Shown here piece by piece: positions 55,748 to 64,000 of a stretch of DNA of 64,000 nt. The position numbers were made by a program, and so were the translations under genes. Under the pieces are notes generated by a model that did no database searches, was not told where the DNA came from, and saw nothing but the letters and a program-made list of their open reading frames with translations. Source of the stretch: Gemmata sp. (GTDB lineage Bacteria; Planctomycetota; Planctomycetia; Gemmatales; Gemmataceae); assembly GCA_041740855.1 (NCBI GenBank), contig JBGSLF010000195.1, positions 11,384-75,383 on the forward strand, given 5' to 3'. The first letter of the stretch is position 1. The number at the start of each line of letters is the position of its first letter.

Positions 55748-58621
55748 ATGTCTGATCGTCAACTCCACCTGCTCTCCGCGTCCCGCATGCCGACCTCGTA
55801 CCCACTGCAATTGGCTGCAGACGAGACAGCGGCGTGGCTAAACGGCTATGCGGCCCTTTGGCATCCGGCCGCACTCGCGGGTGCGAGCTTGGCTCCGCAG
55901 CCATCGGTTTCCTACGACCACGATTCGCCGCGAACAGGGGCGATTTACTGCACGCCACGCGGGCCGCATCTTTTCCAGCCCGACGATTGGCGGATTCGCG
56001 TTGAAACTGTTGGTGCGTATGTCTTCGAAAGCACCGATGATCGCACCGAAACCATCAACAATCTCTTTGCTGCGCTGCGAGAAAAAGGCGAGTCCGGGGT
56101 GCTGTTCGAAACCCCCGCGGAAGTCGTGCGATTGTTTCTGGGCCTTGGCTATGGTTACCTCGTGCTCGATAATCTCTTCGAAGCCGCGGACCACGAACGG
56201 CTCCTCGATGCCGGTGCGTTCTGGGCCGATGTCACGGCCGCGGTCGATGCAGTGCGGGAGAGTCGGCCCGAGTGTCAAGATCATCTGAAAGCCGCGGCCG
56301 AAAAGCTGATGGCGGCACGCGAGCAACTCCATTCGCAAAGCATGCACTGGCTCGATTTCGTGCAGCTCGATGCGAATAACCTTGCCACACCGTGGCCGGA
56401 TTCGCTGGCAGCCGGGCGGCCGATATGCGTCTTTGGCAGCGGCGAACTCTTTGAACGCCTGGCGGAACAGTCGCCCGAACGCTTCGCGGAATTAAAGAGC
56501 CACTTTCACCCGGATCTGCCCACGGCTGTGGATCTCTGTTGTGGGGCGTTTCGGGAACGCGAAGATGCGATGCTGCCGCCCGAATCGCAATGGTGGAACC
56601 TCGGAGCCGCCCGCGCAACATTGAAGAAGTTGTTTGGCGTCGAGCCAGATGTGTATTCCCGCAAGATGAGTGCGTTCCACCCGCAACTTCCCGGCTGGCT
56701 GCAGCACATGGGCTTCAAGCATGCCCTGCTGATTAGCCAGGATGGCGCGATGATCCCAACTCTTCGATCCACCGCCGTGAACTGGCCAGGACCGGATGGG
56801 AAGGCGATTGATGCGTTCTCGCGCGAGCCGCTCCCCGCCCACGATCCACTTACGTTCTTCAATCTCGTCTACCACATGTACCAGGCGACGAGTAACGACG
56901 CGGCCCCCACGATTGCCCTCGTTCACAAGGGTGAACCGGCTTTCGATTCGTACCACGATCTCATCGCTCTCGCGGAGCTTGGCCCCGTGTTCGGCAACTT
57001 TACCAACCTGAGTCGATACTTCACCGATGCCACCAGCGGCGACTACATCGGAGTGCAACAAGCAGACGAGTTCTTCAACGATTATCTCGATGATCGCGTT
57101 ACGAATCAGAAACGGCCCGGAGCAGTGTCCGGCTTTGCGGAACACATGCGATTACGTCGCCGGCTCGATTCCGCATACACGCTTGCGGCGTTGCACAACT
57201 CGGTGACACCAAACCCAGGAGAGGAAGAGGCGAAACTGCTGGCCGAGTTGGTGGCGGTCGAAACAGCCATCGAGATGGAAGGTGTGAACGGGTTGCCAAA
57301 CCCTGAAACGCGGGGCGATACGGGCACCGAAACACTCCGAGCCACGAACAGCAGTTCACGCCCCGAACTCGATTCCCTGGCCACGATCGAAGCCGCATGG
57401 GCCAAGAAACTCGCGGAGCGACTTCAGACGCGTTCGGCCGAAGGTCAACCCGGCTTGCTCGTCTTCAACCCGTGCGGATTCACGCGGCGAGTGGCGTTAG
57501 AAGTAACGGGCTTTCGTGGGGCCATCGCCGTAAGCGATCCGGTAAAGGCCGCGGAGTTCGATGGCGACATCGCCCGGTTGGTTGTGGAAGTGCCACCGCT
57601 CGGGTTCGCCTGGGTGCCGCGTGCGGGGACGGCTTCACCGCCCAAACCACGCATCAAACTGGCCGATGGGCTTACCGTTCGCAACGAATTCTTCGAATGC
57701 GATGTCGATTCGGCTACCGGTGGCATCCGCTCGTTCCGCGACATGCGCACGCGCCTCACTCGCTTCGGGCAGCAACTCGTTTTCAACCCCGGTAGCAAAA
57801 TGGTCGGCAAGGATATCCGCGTGACCAACGCCGGTGCTGCGCTGGGTGAGATTGTGAGCACGGGCGATATCGTGAACGACCGCGATGAGGTTCTGGCATC
57901 ATTTCGCCAACGATTCCGCGCATGGCTCGGCCGCCCCGTGCTGGAACTCCGCATTGAGCTTGATGTGAAGCACGAGCCAAGCGGCTACCCCTGGCATTCC
58001 TTCTACGCGACGCGATTCGGATGGCGTGACGAGCGAGCGGTGATGTTTCGCGGGGTGAACGGTGCGAACGCGCAAACCGGCGTAACCCGGCCCGTCTCGC
58101 CCGACTACTTCGAGGTGCGGCTCGGTTCCGAACGATCGTTCCTGTTCACCGGCGGTCTCCCCTTCTTGCAGCGGCATGGGAACCGAATGCTCGATGTGAT
58201 TCTTGTGCCCGAGGGCGAACAGGCGCGAAGTTTCGATCTGCTGTTGGCAACCGATCGCGATATTCCGATGCAAACTGCGGCAGGCTGGGTTTCACCGGCT
58301 CCGGTGGTGGAAACGGAGAAAGGTCCGCCGCACTTTGGCACGTCCGGTTGGTTGGCCCATGTCGATATGCCGAGTTTGATTGTGACCGCACTGCAACCTT
58401 GCCCGCCGGATGAGGGAGCGAACCGGGCTGTTGCGGTGCGAATGATCGAAACGGCAGGCTTTGGCGGCGCGGCCGAACTGCGATTTGCCCGCGATCCTTC
58501 TCGCGCTTCGCTGATTGATGGCGAAGGAAAATCTCTCCATCCGCTGACGATGACCGCCGAAGCGGTGCTGCTAGAGTTTTCTGCGAATGAAACGTTCCGG
58601 GTGAAGCTCGACTGGGAATGA
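55748..58621 (+). CDS. large conserved hypothetical protein, 957 aa (function unknown)
   Basis: Unambiguous long ORF with ordinary composition. No signal peptide, TM helix or catalytic motif recognised by eye. Confidence 0.75.
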   Translation: MSDRQLHLLSASRMPTSYPLQLAADETAAWLNGYAALWHPAALAGASLAPQPSVSYDHDSPRTGAIYCTPRGPHLFQPDDWRIRVETVGAYVFESTDDRTETINNLFAALREKGESGVLFETPAEVVRLFLGLGYGYLVLDNLFEAADHERLLDAGAFWADVTAAVDAVRESRPECQDHLKAAAEKLMAAREQLHSQSMHWLDFVQLDANNLATPWPDSLAAGRPICVFGSGELFERLAEQSPERFAELKSHFHPDLPTAVDLCCGAFREREDAMLPPESQWWNLGAARATLKKLFGVEPDVYSRKMSAFHPQLPGWLQHMGFKHALLISQDGAMIPTLRSTAVNWPGPDGKAIDAFSREPLPAHDPLTFFNLVYHMYQATSNDAAPTIALVHKGEPAFDSYHDLIALAELGPVFGNFTNLSRYFTDATSGDYIGVQQADEFFNDYLDDRVTNQKRPGAVSGFAEHMRLRRRLDSAYTLAALHNSVTPNPGEEEAKLLAELVAVETAIEMEGVNGLPNPETRGDTGTETLRATNSSSRPELDSLATIEAAWAKKLAERLQTRSAEGQPGLLVFNPCGFTRRVALEVTGFRGAIAVSDPVKAAEFDGDIARLVVEVPPLGFAWVPRAGTASPPKPRIKLADGLTVRNEFFECDVDSATGGIRSFRDMRTRLTRFGQQLVFNPGSKMVGKDIRVTNAGAALGEIVSTGDIVNDRDEVLASFRQRFRAWLGRPVLELRIELDVKHEPSGYPWHSFYATRFGWRDERAVMFRGVNGANAQTGVTRPVSPDYFEVRLGSERSFLFTGGLPFLQRHGNRMLDVILVPEGEQARSFDLLLATDRDIPMQTAAGWVSPAPVVETEKGPPHFGTSGWLAHVDMPSLIVTALQPCPPDEGANRAVAVRMIETAGFGGAAELRFARDPSRASLIDGEGKSLHPLTMTAEAVLLEFSANETFRVKLDWE

Positions 58622-58718
58622 TCCGCCCGAGCTGCCACTTCCCGTTGGCGGGTGCAACGGGTACCCTGACCCTTCCACCGATCATGGTCCGCCCCGCGAG
58701 ATTCGCCAGAGATTCGTA

Positions 58719-60254
58719 ATGTTCCTTACGCCGAATCGGATCGACGCACTTCAATCGGCCATCGGCGAGAGCCTGCATCTCTTCTTGCCGGAACTGGTGG
58801 TGTGTGCCGGGATTGTTGGCCTGCTCCTCGCCCGTTTGCTCCCACTGTTGGACCGCGTTCACCTCGGTTGGCTCGCAGCGGCGGTGCTGATCGGTGCGTT
58901 GTTCGCGGCGGGCCACCAGGTGGCGCAAGATCAGTGGGCGGGGCCATACTTCGGCGGCATGCTCAGTTCCGATGCGTTCGCGGGCTTTGTGCGCTGTCTG
59001 GTGCTGTTCGCCGCGACACTCACCGTGCTCCTCACACTGCTCACCGCCATTCCAGACCGCAACGACTCCGCCGATTTTAACGTGCTGCTGCTGGGCGGAA
59101 CGCTTGGCATGCTGTTGATGGCTTCCGCCAATCACTTGCTGATGCTGTTCATCGCGGTGGAGATGGCAAGCCTGCCAGGTTACGCACTCGCGGGTTTCTT
59201 GAAGGGGAAGAAGACCGGGAGTGAAGCCGCGTTGAAGTATGTCGTGTACGGTGCCGCCTCGGCGGGCGTGATGCTCTATGGCATCACACTGCTTGCGGGA
59301 GTGTTCGGCAGCGGATACTTGCCCGATGTGGCACGCGGCATCGCCCATCGTGGGCTTGATCTGCCCGTTATGGCAGGGGCCGCGTTCCTGTTTGTCGGGT
59401 TGGGGTTCAAGCTCGCCGCATTCCCCTTCCACTTCTGGTGCCCGGATGTGTTCGAAGGGGCCGCCGCGGAAGTCGCCGGGTTCCTCTCTGTCGCTTCGAA
59501 GACCGCCGCCGTGGCACTCACGGTGCGTGTGTTATCGACATTTGATGCTGCGGCCGGCGGTTGGGTGATAACGGGATCGTTCGGGCTGGTCGTGGGGATC
59601 GTCGGCGCGATCACCGTCACGTTCGGAAACCTCGCCGCATTCAGTCAGACCAATCTGAAGCGGTTGCTGGCGTACTCTACCATCGCTCACGCGGGCTACA
59701 TGCTGCTGGCGGTTGCCCTCGTCACACCCACGGGCAATGCGAGCGTGTTGTACTATCTCGCCGCTTACATTGTGATGAACCTGGGTGCCTTCGCCGTGGT
59801 GGCGTTGGTGCGGAACGCGACCGGCTCGGAAACTCTGACTGCGTTTCGCGGGCTGGCGTGGCGATCGCCCGTGCTAGCCGTAACGATGACGCTCTTTCTG
59901 CTCTCGCTACTCGGATTGCCCCCGCTCGCTGGTTTCGCCGGTAAGTTCCAGGTCTTTGCGGCGGTATACGAAGCGGGCAACGACGCAACAGCGGCCGGGC
60001 ATGAATCGCTTGGGCGGGGGTTTCATGTGTTGCTCGGCATCGGTGCGTTGAACACCGCTGTGAGTGCGTACTATTACCTGAAGATCGTGCGGGTGATGCT
60101 TCTGGAAGAACCCGAACCGCGTGTTGCTCCCGTGGCGGTTTCGCCCGGAAGCCAGCTCTATCTCATCACGCTCGCGGTTGCGTTGTTCGCCGCTGGCATA
60201 TTCTGGAACCCGCTCACCCGACTCGCCGAGCACGCGGCCAGCGCGTTCCGGTAA
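58719..60254 (+). CDS. nuoN: NADH-quinone oxidoreductase subunit N (antiporter-like)
   Basis: About 14 TM helices. LLMLFIAVEMASLPGYALAGF and LKRLLAYSTIAHAGYML are typical NuoN/ND2 blocks. Confidence 0.85.
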   Translation: MFLTPNRIDALQSAIGESLHLFLPELVVCAGIVGLLLARLLPLLDRVHLGWLAAAVLIGALFAAGHQVAQDQWAGPYFGGMLSSDAFAGFVRCLVLFAATLTVLLTLLTAIPDRNDSADFNVLLLGGTLGMLLMASANHLLMLFIAVEMASLPGYALAGFLKGKKTGSEAALKYVVYGAASAGVMLYGITLLAGVFGSGYLPDVARGIAHRGLDLPVMAGAAFLFVGLGFKLAAFPFHFWCPDVFEGAAAEVAGFLSVASKTAAVALTVRVLSTFDAAAGGWVITGSFGLVVGIVGAITVTFGNLAAFSQTNLKRLLAYSTIAHAGYMLLAVALVTPTGNASVLYYLAAYIVMNLGAFAVVALVRNATGSETLTAFRGLAWRSPVLAVTMTLFLLSLLGLPPLAGFAGKFQVFAAVYEAGNDATAAGHESLGRGFHVLLGIGALNTAVSAYYYLKIVRVMLLEEPEPRVAPVAVSPGSQLYLITLAVALFAAGIFWNPLTRLAEHAASAFR

Positions 60255-60270
60255 ACCACTGGACGCTGCC

Positions 60271-61053
60271 ATGCTAATCGACACACACGCTCACCTCTTC
60301 GACAAACGCTTCCGCAACGATCTTCGCGCGGTGCTGGATCGCGCCGCCGCAAGCGGCATCGAGCGGATTGTGTGCCTGGGAATCGATTGCGAATCGTCGC
60401 TCGAATCGGTCCGCATTGCAAACGAGTACCCGATCGTCGTGGCCGCAGTGGGAATTCAACCCAATCACGCGGCAGAAACGAAGACCGGCGACTGGGAAGA
60501 GATCGTTCGCCTCGCAGAAACCGAAGCCCGCGTGGTGGCGATTGGCGAAACCGGCCTGGACCGCTACTGGGATCGCGCGCCGTTCGCACAACAAGAAGAG
60601 TTATTCACGCGGCACATCGAGTTGGCCCGGTTGCTGAACAAGCCCTTCGTCATTCACTGCCGCGATGCGGAAGCCGATGTCGTGAAGGCCCTGCGAGCCG
60701 AGTTCAGCAAGCACGGACCGCTTCGGGCCGTCATGCACTCGTTCAGTGGCGATGCCGCAACGGCGAAAGCCTGCCTGGAGATGGGGTTGTATGTGTCGTT
60801 CGCCGGAATGGTGACCTATCCCAATGCGCAGAACTTGCGTGATGTGGCGAAGGATGTTCCGCTGGATCGCCTGTTGGTGGAAACCGATTCGCCGTATCTC
60901 GCTCCGCAACCGGTGCGCGGGAAGCGGAACGAGCCGGCATATGTGGCACACACGGCCGCCGTGCTGGCGCAAGTGAAGGGCGTGAGTGTGGCGGAACTCG
61001 AAGAATACACCACACGCAACGCCCGCGAACTCTTCAGCAGTGGCGAGCCATAA
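60271..61053 (+). CDS. TatD family metal-dependent hydrolase
   Basis: MLIDTHAHL, GETGLDRYW, HCRDA, ETDSPYLAP. Confidence 0.9.
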   Translation: MLIDTHAHLFDKRFRNDLRAVLDRAAASGIERIVCLGIDCESSLESVRIANEYPIVVAAVGIQPNHAAETKTGDWEEIVRLAETEARVVAIGETGLDRYWDRAPFAQQEELFTRHIELARLLNKPFVIHCRDAEADVVKALRAEFSKHGPLRAVMHSFSGDAATAKACLEMGLYVSFAGMVTYPNAQNLRDVAKDVPLDRLLVETDSPYLAPQPVRGKRNEPAYVAHTAAVLAQVKGVSVAELEEYTTRNARELFSSGEP

Positions 61054-61143
61054 TCGCACACATTGCCAGACTCCAATGGACCACCCGAGAATGCCAGGCG
61101 AACCTGGATCATCGGCTGGAAAGCCTGGCGGTTCGTCTCAACT

Positions 61144-61587
61144 TTACTTCAGCTCAAACGTGAAGTTATTGGCTTCGCCTTCTGCAACTGTGGCCCTCAG
61201 ATCGGATGTATCCGTTGACGTGTATTTCGATGGGAAGCGCGGGCGTTGCGCGGGTGCCGCTTCGTCACCTCCCTCGCCAGCATCCTCACCTTCCATTTCC
61301 ATCGTGGTGATGCTGACGGTGTATTCACCGGCGGGCGCTCCATCACCCGGTTCGTATGTCGTTAATGTGAATTCCCCGATCGGGTTGGTTGTTGCACTGG
61401 CCCGTTCTTCGCCCTCGGCGTTGTAAAACGTCACCACAACGTTCGATAAAGGCTTGTTCTTGTAGATCACCTTGCCGGATGCCGGAAACGCTTTGGGGCC
61501 TTGAGCACTGTTGACTTGCCCGCAACCCGCAGCGATCAGAGCAACGAACACGGCCAATGGTGCAACGAAATGAGTTCGAGTTAACAT
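61144..61587 (-). CDS. lipoprotein with carboxypeptidase-regulatory-like beta-sandwich
   Basis: Lipobox LIAAGC, then GKVIYKNKPLSNVVVTFYN...GEFTLTT. This is the usual partner gene of DUF1559 proteins. Confidence 0.75.
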   Translation of the reverse strand: MLTRTHFVAPLAVFVALIAAGCGQVNSAQGPKAFPASGKVIYKNKPLSNVVVTFYNAEGEERASATTNPIGEFTLTTYEPGDGAPAGEYTVSITTMEMEGEDAGEGGDEAAPAQRPRFPSKYTSTDTSDLRATVAEGEANNFTFELK

Positions 61588-61705
61588 GTTGGCGAGTTCC
61601 CTTTGAATGTGAGATGTGAAAGAAAGCTGAGCCTGGTGTCAGGCTCAACTCATGAAATGACAACAAGCACAACTCGGCTGAAGACAACCTTTGCGAATCA
61701 GTTCA

Positions 61706-62629
61706 TCAGTTCAACTGCAGCGATTCGCCGCCGTCGCGAGTTCCGGCGGCTCGCCATTGCGTTGCAGTCACGTTCTGTCGTACGAACCGAACGGAACCAT
61801 CACACATCGCCATGTTCAGCCCACCGGTGTGAAAACTCCCGAAAGCGCGTTCACTGTTCGAATTAGGAAGGTTCGTGGCCACGCTCCCGCCAGTGGCGTA
61901 ATTCCTGCGGCCCACCACGCTCATACAGCGGGACATGTCCCTACCATCGTTGCTATCCAACTGGTTGTCGAAGATGTACGCTCGGTGCCAATCCTTTGAA
62001 GGGCACAACCCGCTCACCGAGATGCAGAACTTGACATCGCCTGCCAAAAGCGTGTTGCTGGTTCCATCGCTGATGGACGGAAGAGACACTGTCGTAATCG
62101 TCTGGCGATTCGATGGTGCGTAAAACGGCCCGTTCGTGTCACGCATGTGGGCGTAATCGTCGCCATTGCCCCGGCCCATGCCGGCGTTCACGTTGTAATG
62201 GCTCGCCTGGCGAACCGTGCCGCTGGTGGTGAAAGTATCGGGGCCAGGGTGCGACGGGCACTGGAAGATCTTGAGCTTGGTGCCCACGGCTTGACGTATC
62301 TCGGCAGTCGTAATGCCGCCATTGTCCGAAGCTCTTCGCGCGGTAATGAGCTTGTCGAGCGCGGATTGTTCCACGTAGGGCAAGATGTAGGCGTGCCACG
62401 TCCAACCCCAGTTACGATGCGCGCCGGGCGGCAACCCGCCATTCACATCGTGGTAGCTGTGCATCGCAATGCCGATTTGCTTCAAATTGCTCGTACACGA
62501 CATCCGTGCAGCCGCTTCCCGCACCTTCTGGACCGCGGGAAGCAGCAGCCCAATGAGAATTGCAATGATGGCAATTACCACTAACAGTTCGATGAGAGTA
62601 AAGCCGCGACGTTTGGGAAATGAAATCAT
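61706..62629 (-). CDS. DUF1559 / H-X9-DG protein with prepilin-type N-terminal methylation motif
   Basis: MISFPKRRGFTLIELLVVIAIIAILIGLLLPAVQKVREAA and FHTGGLNMAMCDGS (H-X9-DG). Confidence 0.9.
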   Translation of the reverse strand: MISFPKRRGFTLIELLVVIAIIAILIGLLLPAVQKVREAAARMSCTSNLKQIGIAMHSYHDVNGGLPPGAHRNWGWTWHAYILPYVEQSALDKLITARRASDNGGITTAEIRQAVGTKLKIFQCPSHPGPDTFTTSGTVRQASHYNVNAGMGRGNGDDYAHMRDTNGPFYAPSNRQTITTVSLPSISDGTSNTLLAGDVKFCISVSGLCPSKDWHRAYIFDNQLDSNDGRDMSRCMSVVGRRNYATGGSVATNLPNSNSERAFGSFHTGGLNMAMCDGSVRFVRQNVTATQWRAAGTRDGGESLQLN

Positions 62630-62664
62630 TTGACACCTCGATATGGAGAGATTGAGAGAAGCAT

Positions 62665-62748
62665 GAGACCTGTAACTACCTCTCACCTTCTACCCAAGAT
62701 CATTCTGAGACCTGTAACTACCTCTCACCTTCTACCCAAGATCATTCT
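62665..62748. repeat. perfect 42-bp tandem duplication in the leader region of the DUF1559 gene
   Basis: gagacctgtaactacctctcaccttctacccaagatcattct occurs at 62665-62706 and again at 62707-62748, starting 36 nt upstream of the ATG at 62629 (minus strand). Confidence 0.95.
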
Positions 62749-63088
62749 TAGAGGCCAGAGTCTTTTATCCTTTTTTCACATCTTTCTCTCATCTTTGGGG
62801 CTGCAATTGAGCTACTTACAACGATATGCATTTGTGAATCTGAATTATTCGTTTTTACAAATAGATCGACGCAAATAATTGATATGAATCGACATGCGGA
62901 AATTGTGTCTACCGGAATAGCGCGTTTGCCTGTGGCTGCGGAATAGTCCCAAGTTGGCTAGAGATGAAGATGTATTAATATTTGGCGAAATGCGATGGAG
63001 CTGTTTGGCTTGGTCGTTGATGAGAACTGCAAGATTGCGGGAACAACGGCTGCGGCAAATGTGAGAACACACTCATCACTTGCATTGA

Positions 63089-63118
63089 CGCGAGCCAAGT
63101 TTTTGAACTTGGCCCGCG
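63089..63118 (-). terminator. hairpin downstream of the small lipoprotein gene
   Basis: cgcgagccaagt / acttggcccgcg (11 of 12 bp) with a 6-nt loop. No clear U-tract. Confidence 0.4.
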
Positions 63119-63129
63119 AGTACAAAAAC

Positions 63130-63312
63130 TCACTTTGCCTTCTTGTTTCCCTTTACAGGTGCGCCGCCGCCCTCTTCCTGGCCGATCCGGTCGGATTCTT
63201 CCGCTGCCCTTTTGAGTGAATCCGCGTCGGTTGCGACTGTTGGCTTCTCTGCACAACCCGCCGCAAGGCTTGTGGTGAAGACGAACGCGGAGAGGAACGC
63301 AATTCGAATCAT
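63130..63312 (-). CDS. small lipoprotein, 60 aa
   Basis: MIRIAFLSAFVFTTSLAAGC lipobox. Located downstream of a DUF1559 gene, as in the neighbouring cassette. Confidence 0.5.
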   Translation of the reverse strand: MIRIAFLSAFVFTTSLAAGCAEKPTVATDADSLKRAAEESDRIGQEEGGGAPVKGNKKAK

Positions 63313-63446
63313 GACCCAATCCCCAAAGTGTGAAGTCGAGATAGTGGTAGTGGGCGAACGAAATGGGTGGATGGTAGCGAAGTTGGCCCACTCAATGCCA
63401 TTACGCACTGAGTGGGCCGGTTGATAGAAGAGCAACTCTCGCTGAA

Positions 63447-64000
63447 TCACAGATCGTTAAGACTAACGGATTGACCATCGTCCCGCTTGCAAACCCGCAT
63501 GAACACGGCGTTGTTCACATCGAAGCGGATCTGTTTGACGCTTCCATCGCCAAACACCGAGTTCACGCCGTTGCTGTGGGCGGAGCCGAAACGGTAGTTA
63601 AGGTCGCGCGGGTGATAGTTCGGATCGGTGGTAGCGAGCAGAGCCGGTGTGGTGATGGCGATATCGCGCATCGGCCCCCACCAACCGCCGGCGGGGTTCG
63701 CCCGACACCCGCGAAAGATGTCGCCATCTTGGCCTGGGCCGGCCCAATATTCGTTATCCACATCGTCGCCGCCCGTGATCCGATTCCAGGCTTTCTCGGC
63801 AACGAAAATGGTGTTCGATAGCCCATCGGTCACGGCGCTGAAGCCCACTGGCCCACGGGTGTAGGAGTTATTGGATCCACGGCTCGCGGTCACGGGTCCA
63901 TCGTTATTCGTGCCATACAACTGCGTGCCACCGTTGGCGGCGTAATCGCACTTGGCCCACCCGCCATACAGGATGGCCGACCGCCGAAGTGGACAATAGT
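63447..64000 (-). CDS. DUF1559 / H-X9-DG protein, C-terminal part (5' end lies beyond the window)
   Basis: FGSAHSNGVNSVFGDGS (H-X9-DG). The reading frame stays open to the window edge. Confidence 0.8.
   Translation of the reverse strand, partial: YCPLRRSAILYGGWAKCDYAANGGTQLYGTNNDGPVTASRGSNNSYTRGPVGFSAVTDGLSNTIFVAEKAWNRITGGDDVDNEYWAGPGQDGDIFRGCRANPAGGWWGPMRDIAITTPALLATTDPNYHPRDLNYRFGSAHSNGVNSVFGDGSVKQIRFDVNNAVFMRVCKRDDGQSVSLNDL

Noticed and set aside
62665-62748. Possible CRISPR-like repeat
   Set aside because: Only two directly abutting copies with no spacers and no cas genes. It is a simple tandem duplication.
1-64000. Mobile elements, prophage, rRNA/tRNA genes, CRISPR-Cas or classical defence operons
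   Set aside because: No transposase, integrase, phage structural, cas or restriction-modification signatures were seen in any frame. No tRNA-like cloverleaf was found in the intergenic regions inspected.

Overview
GC-rich bacterial chromosomal window. It is very probably from a member of the Planctomycetota (Gemmata-like). The hallmarks are two prepilin-leader DUF1559/H-X9-DG proteins each followed by a small lipoprotein, a TIGR02996-type N-domain fused to LRRs, a PEP-CTERM protein with autotransporter-type beta-strand repeats, many WD40 proteins, and frequent GTG starts. About 50 protein-coding genes are supported on both strands. Housekeeping genes: glnA, fumC, a stand-alone nuoN, a TatD-type hydrolase, an AlkA-like glycosylase, a delta-9-type desaturase and a THUMP methyltransferase. 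Envelope and secreted proteins: a 2016-aa alpha-2-macroglobulin, M48 and M50 peptidases, and several hydrolases. I found no rRNA, tRNA, CRISPR array, transposase or integrase. Because of the GC content, almost every real gene carries long antisense or off-frame shadow ORFs, and I rejected these. The most interesting locus is a three-gene, same-strand cluster (26337-33228). Every protein in it is a HlyD-type membrane-fusion paralogue fused to a different module: a tandem GAF-like sensor, a lipoprotein WD40 propeller, or a PqqD-like domain plus an M50 site-2 protease. No pump or outer-membrane channel lies nearby. Secondary observations are short repeats and hairpin elements in intergenic regions, an extreme poly-Asp gene, a giant thioester-containing A2M without a pbpC partner, an insertion in FumC and an orphan nuoN. 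All functional calls come from motifs read by eye. No database search was possible.
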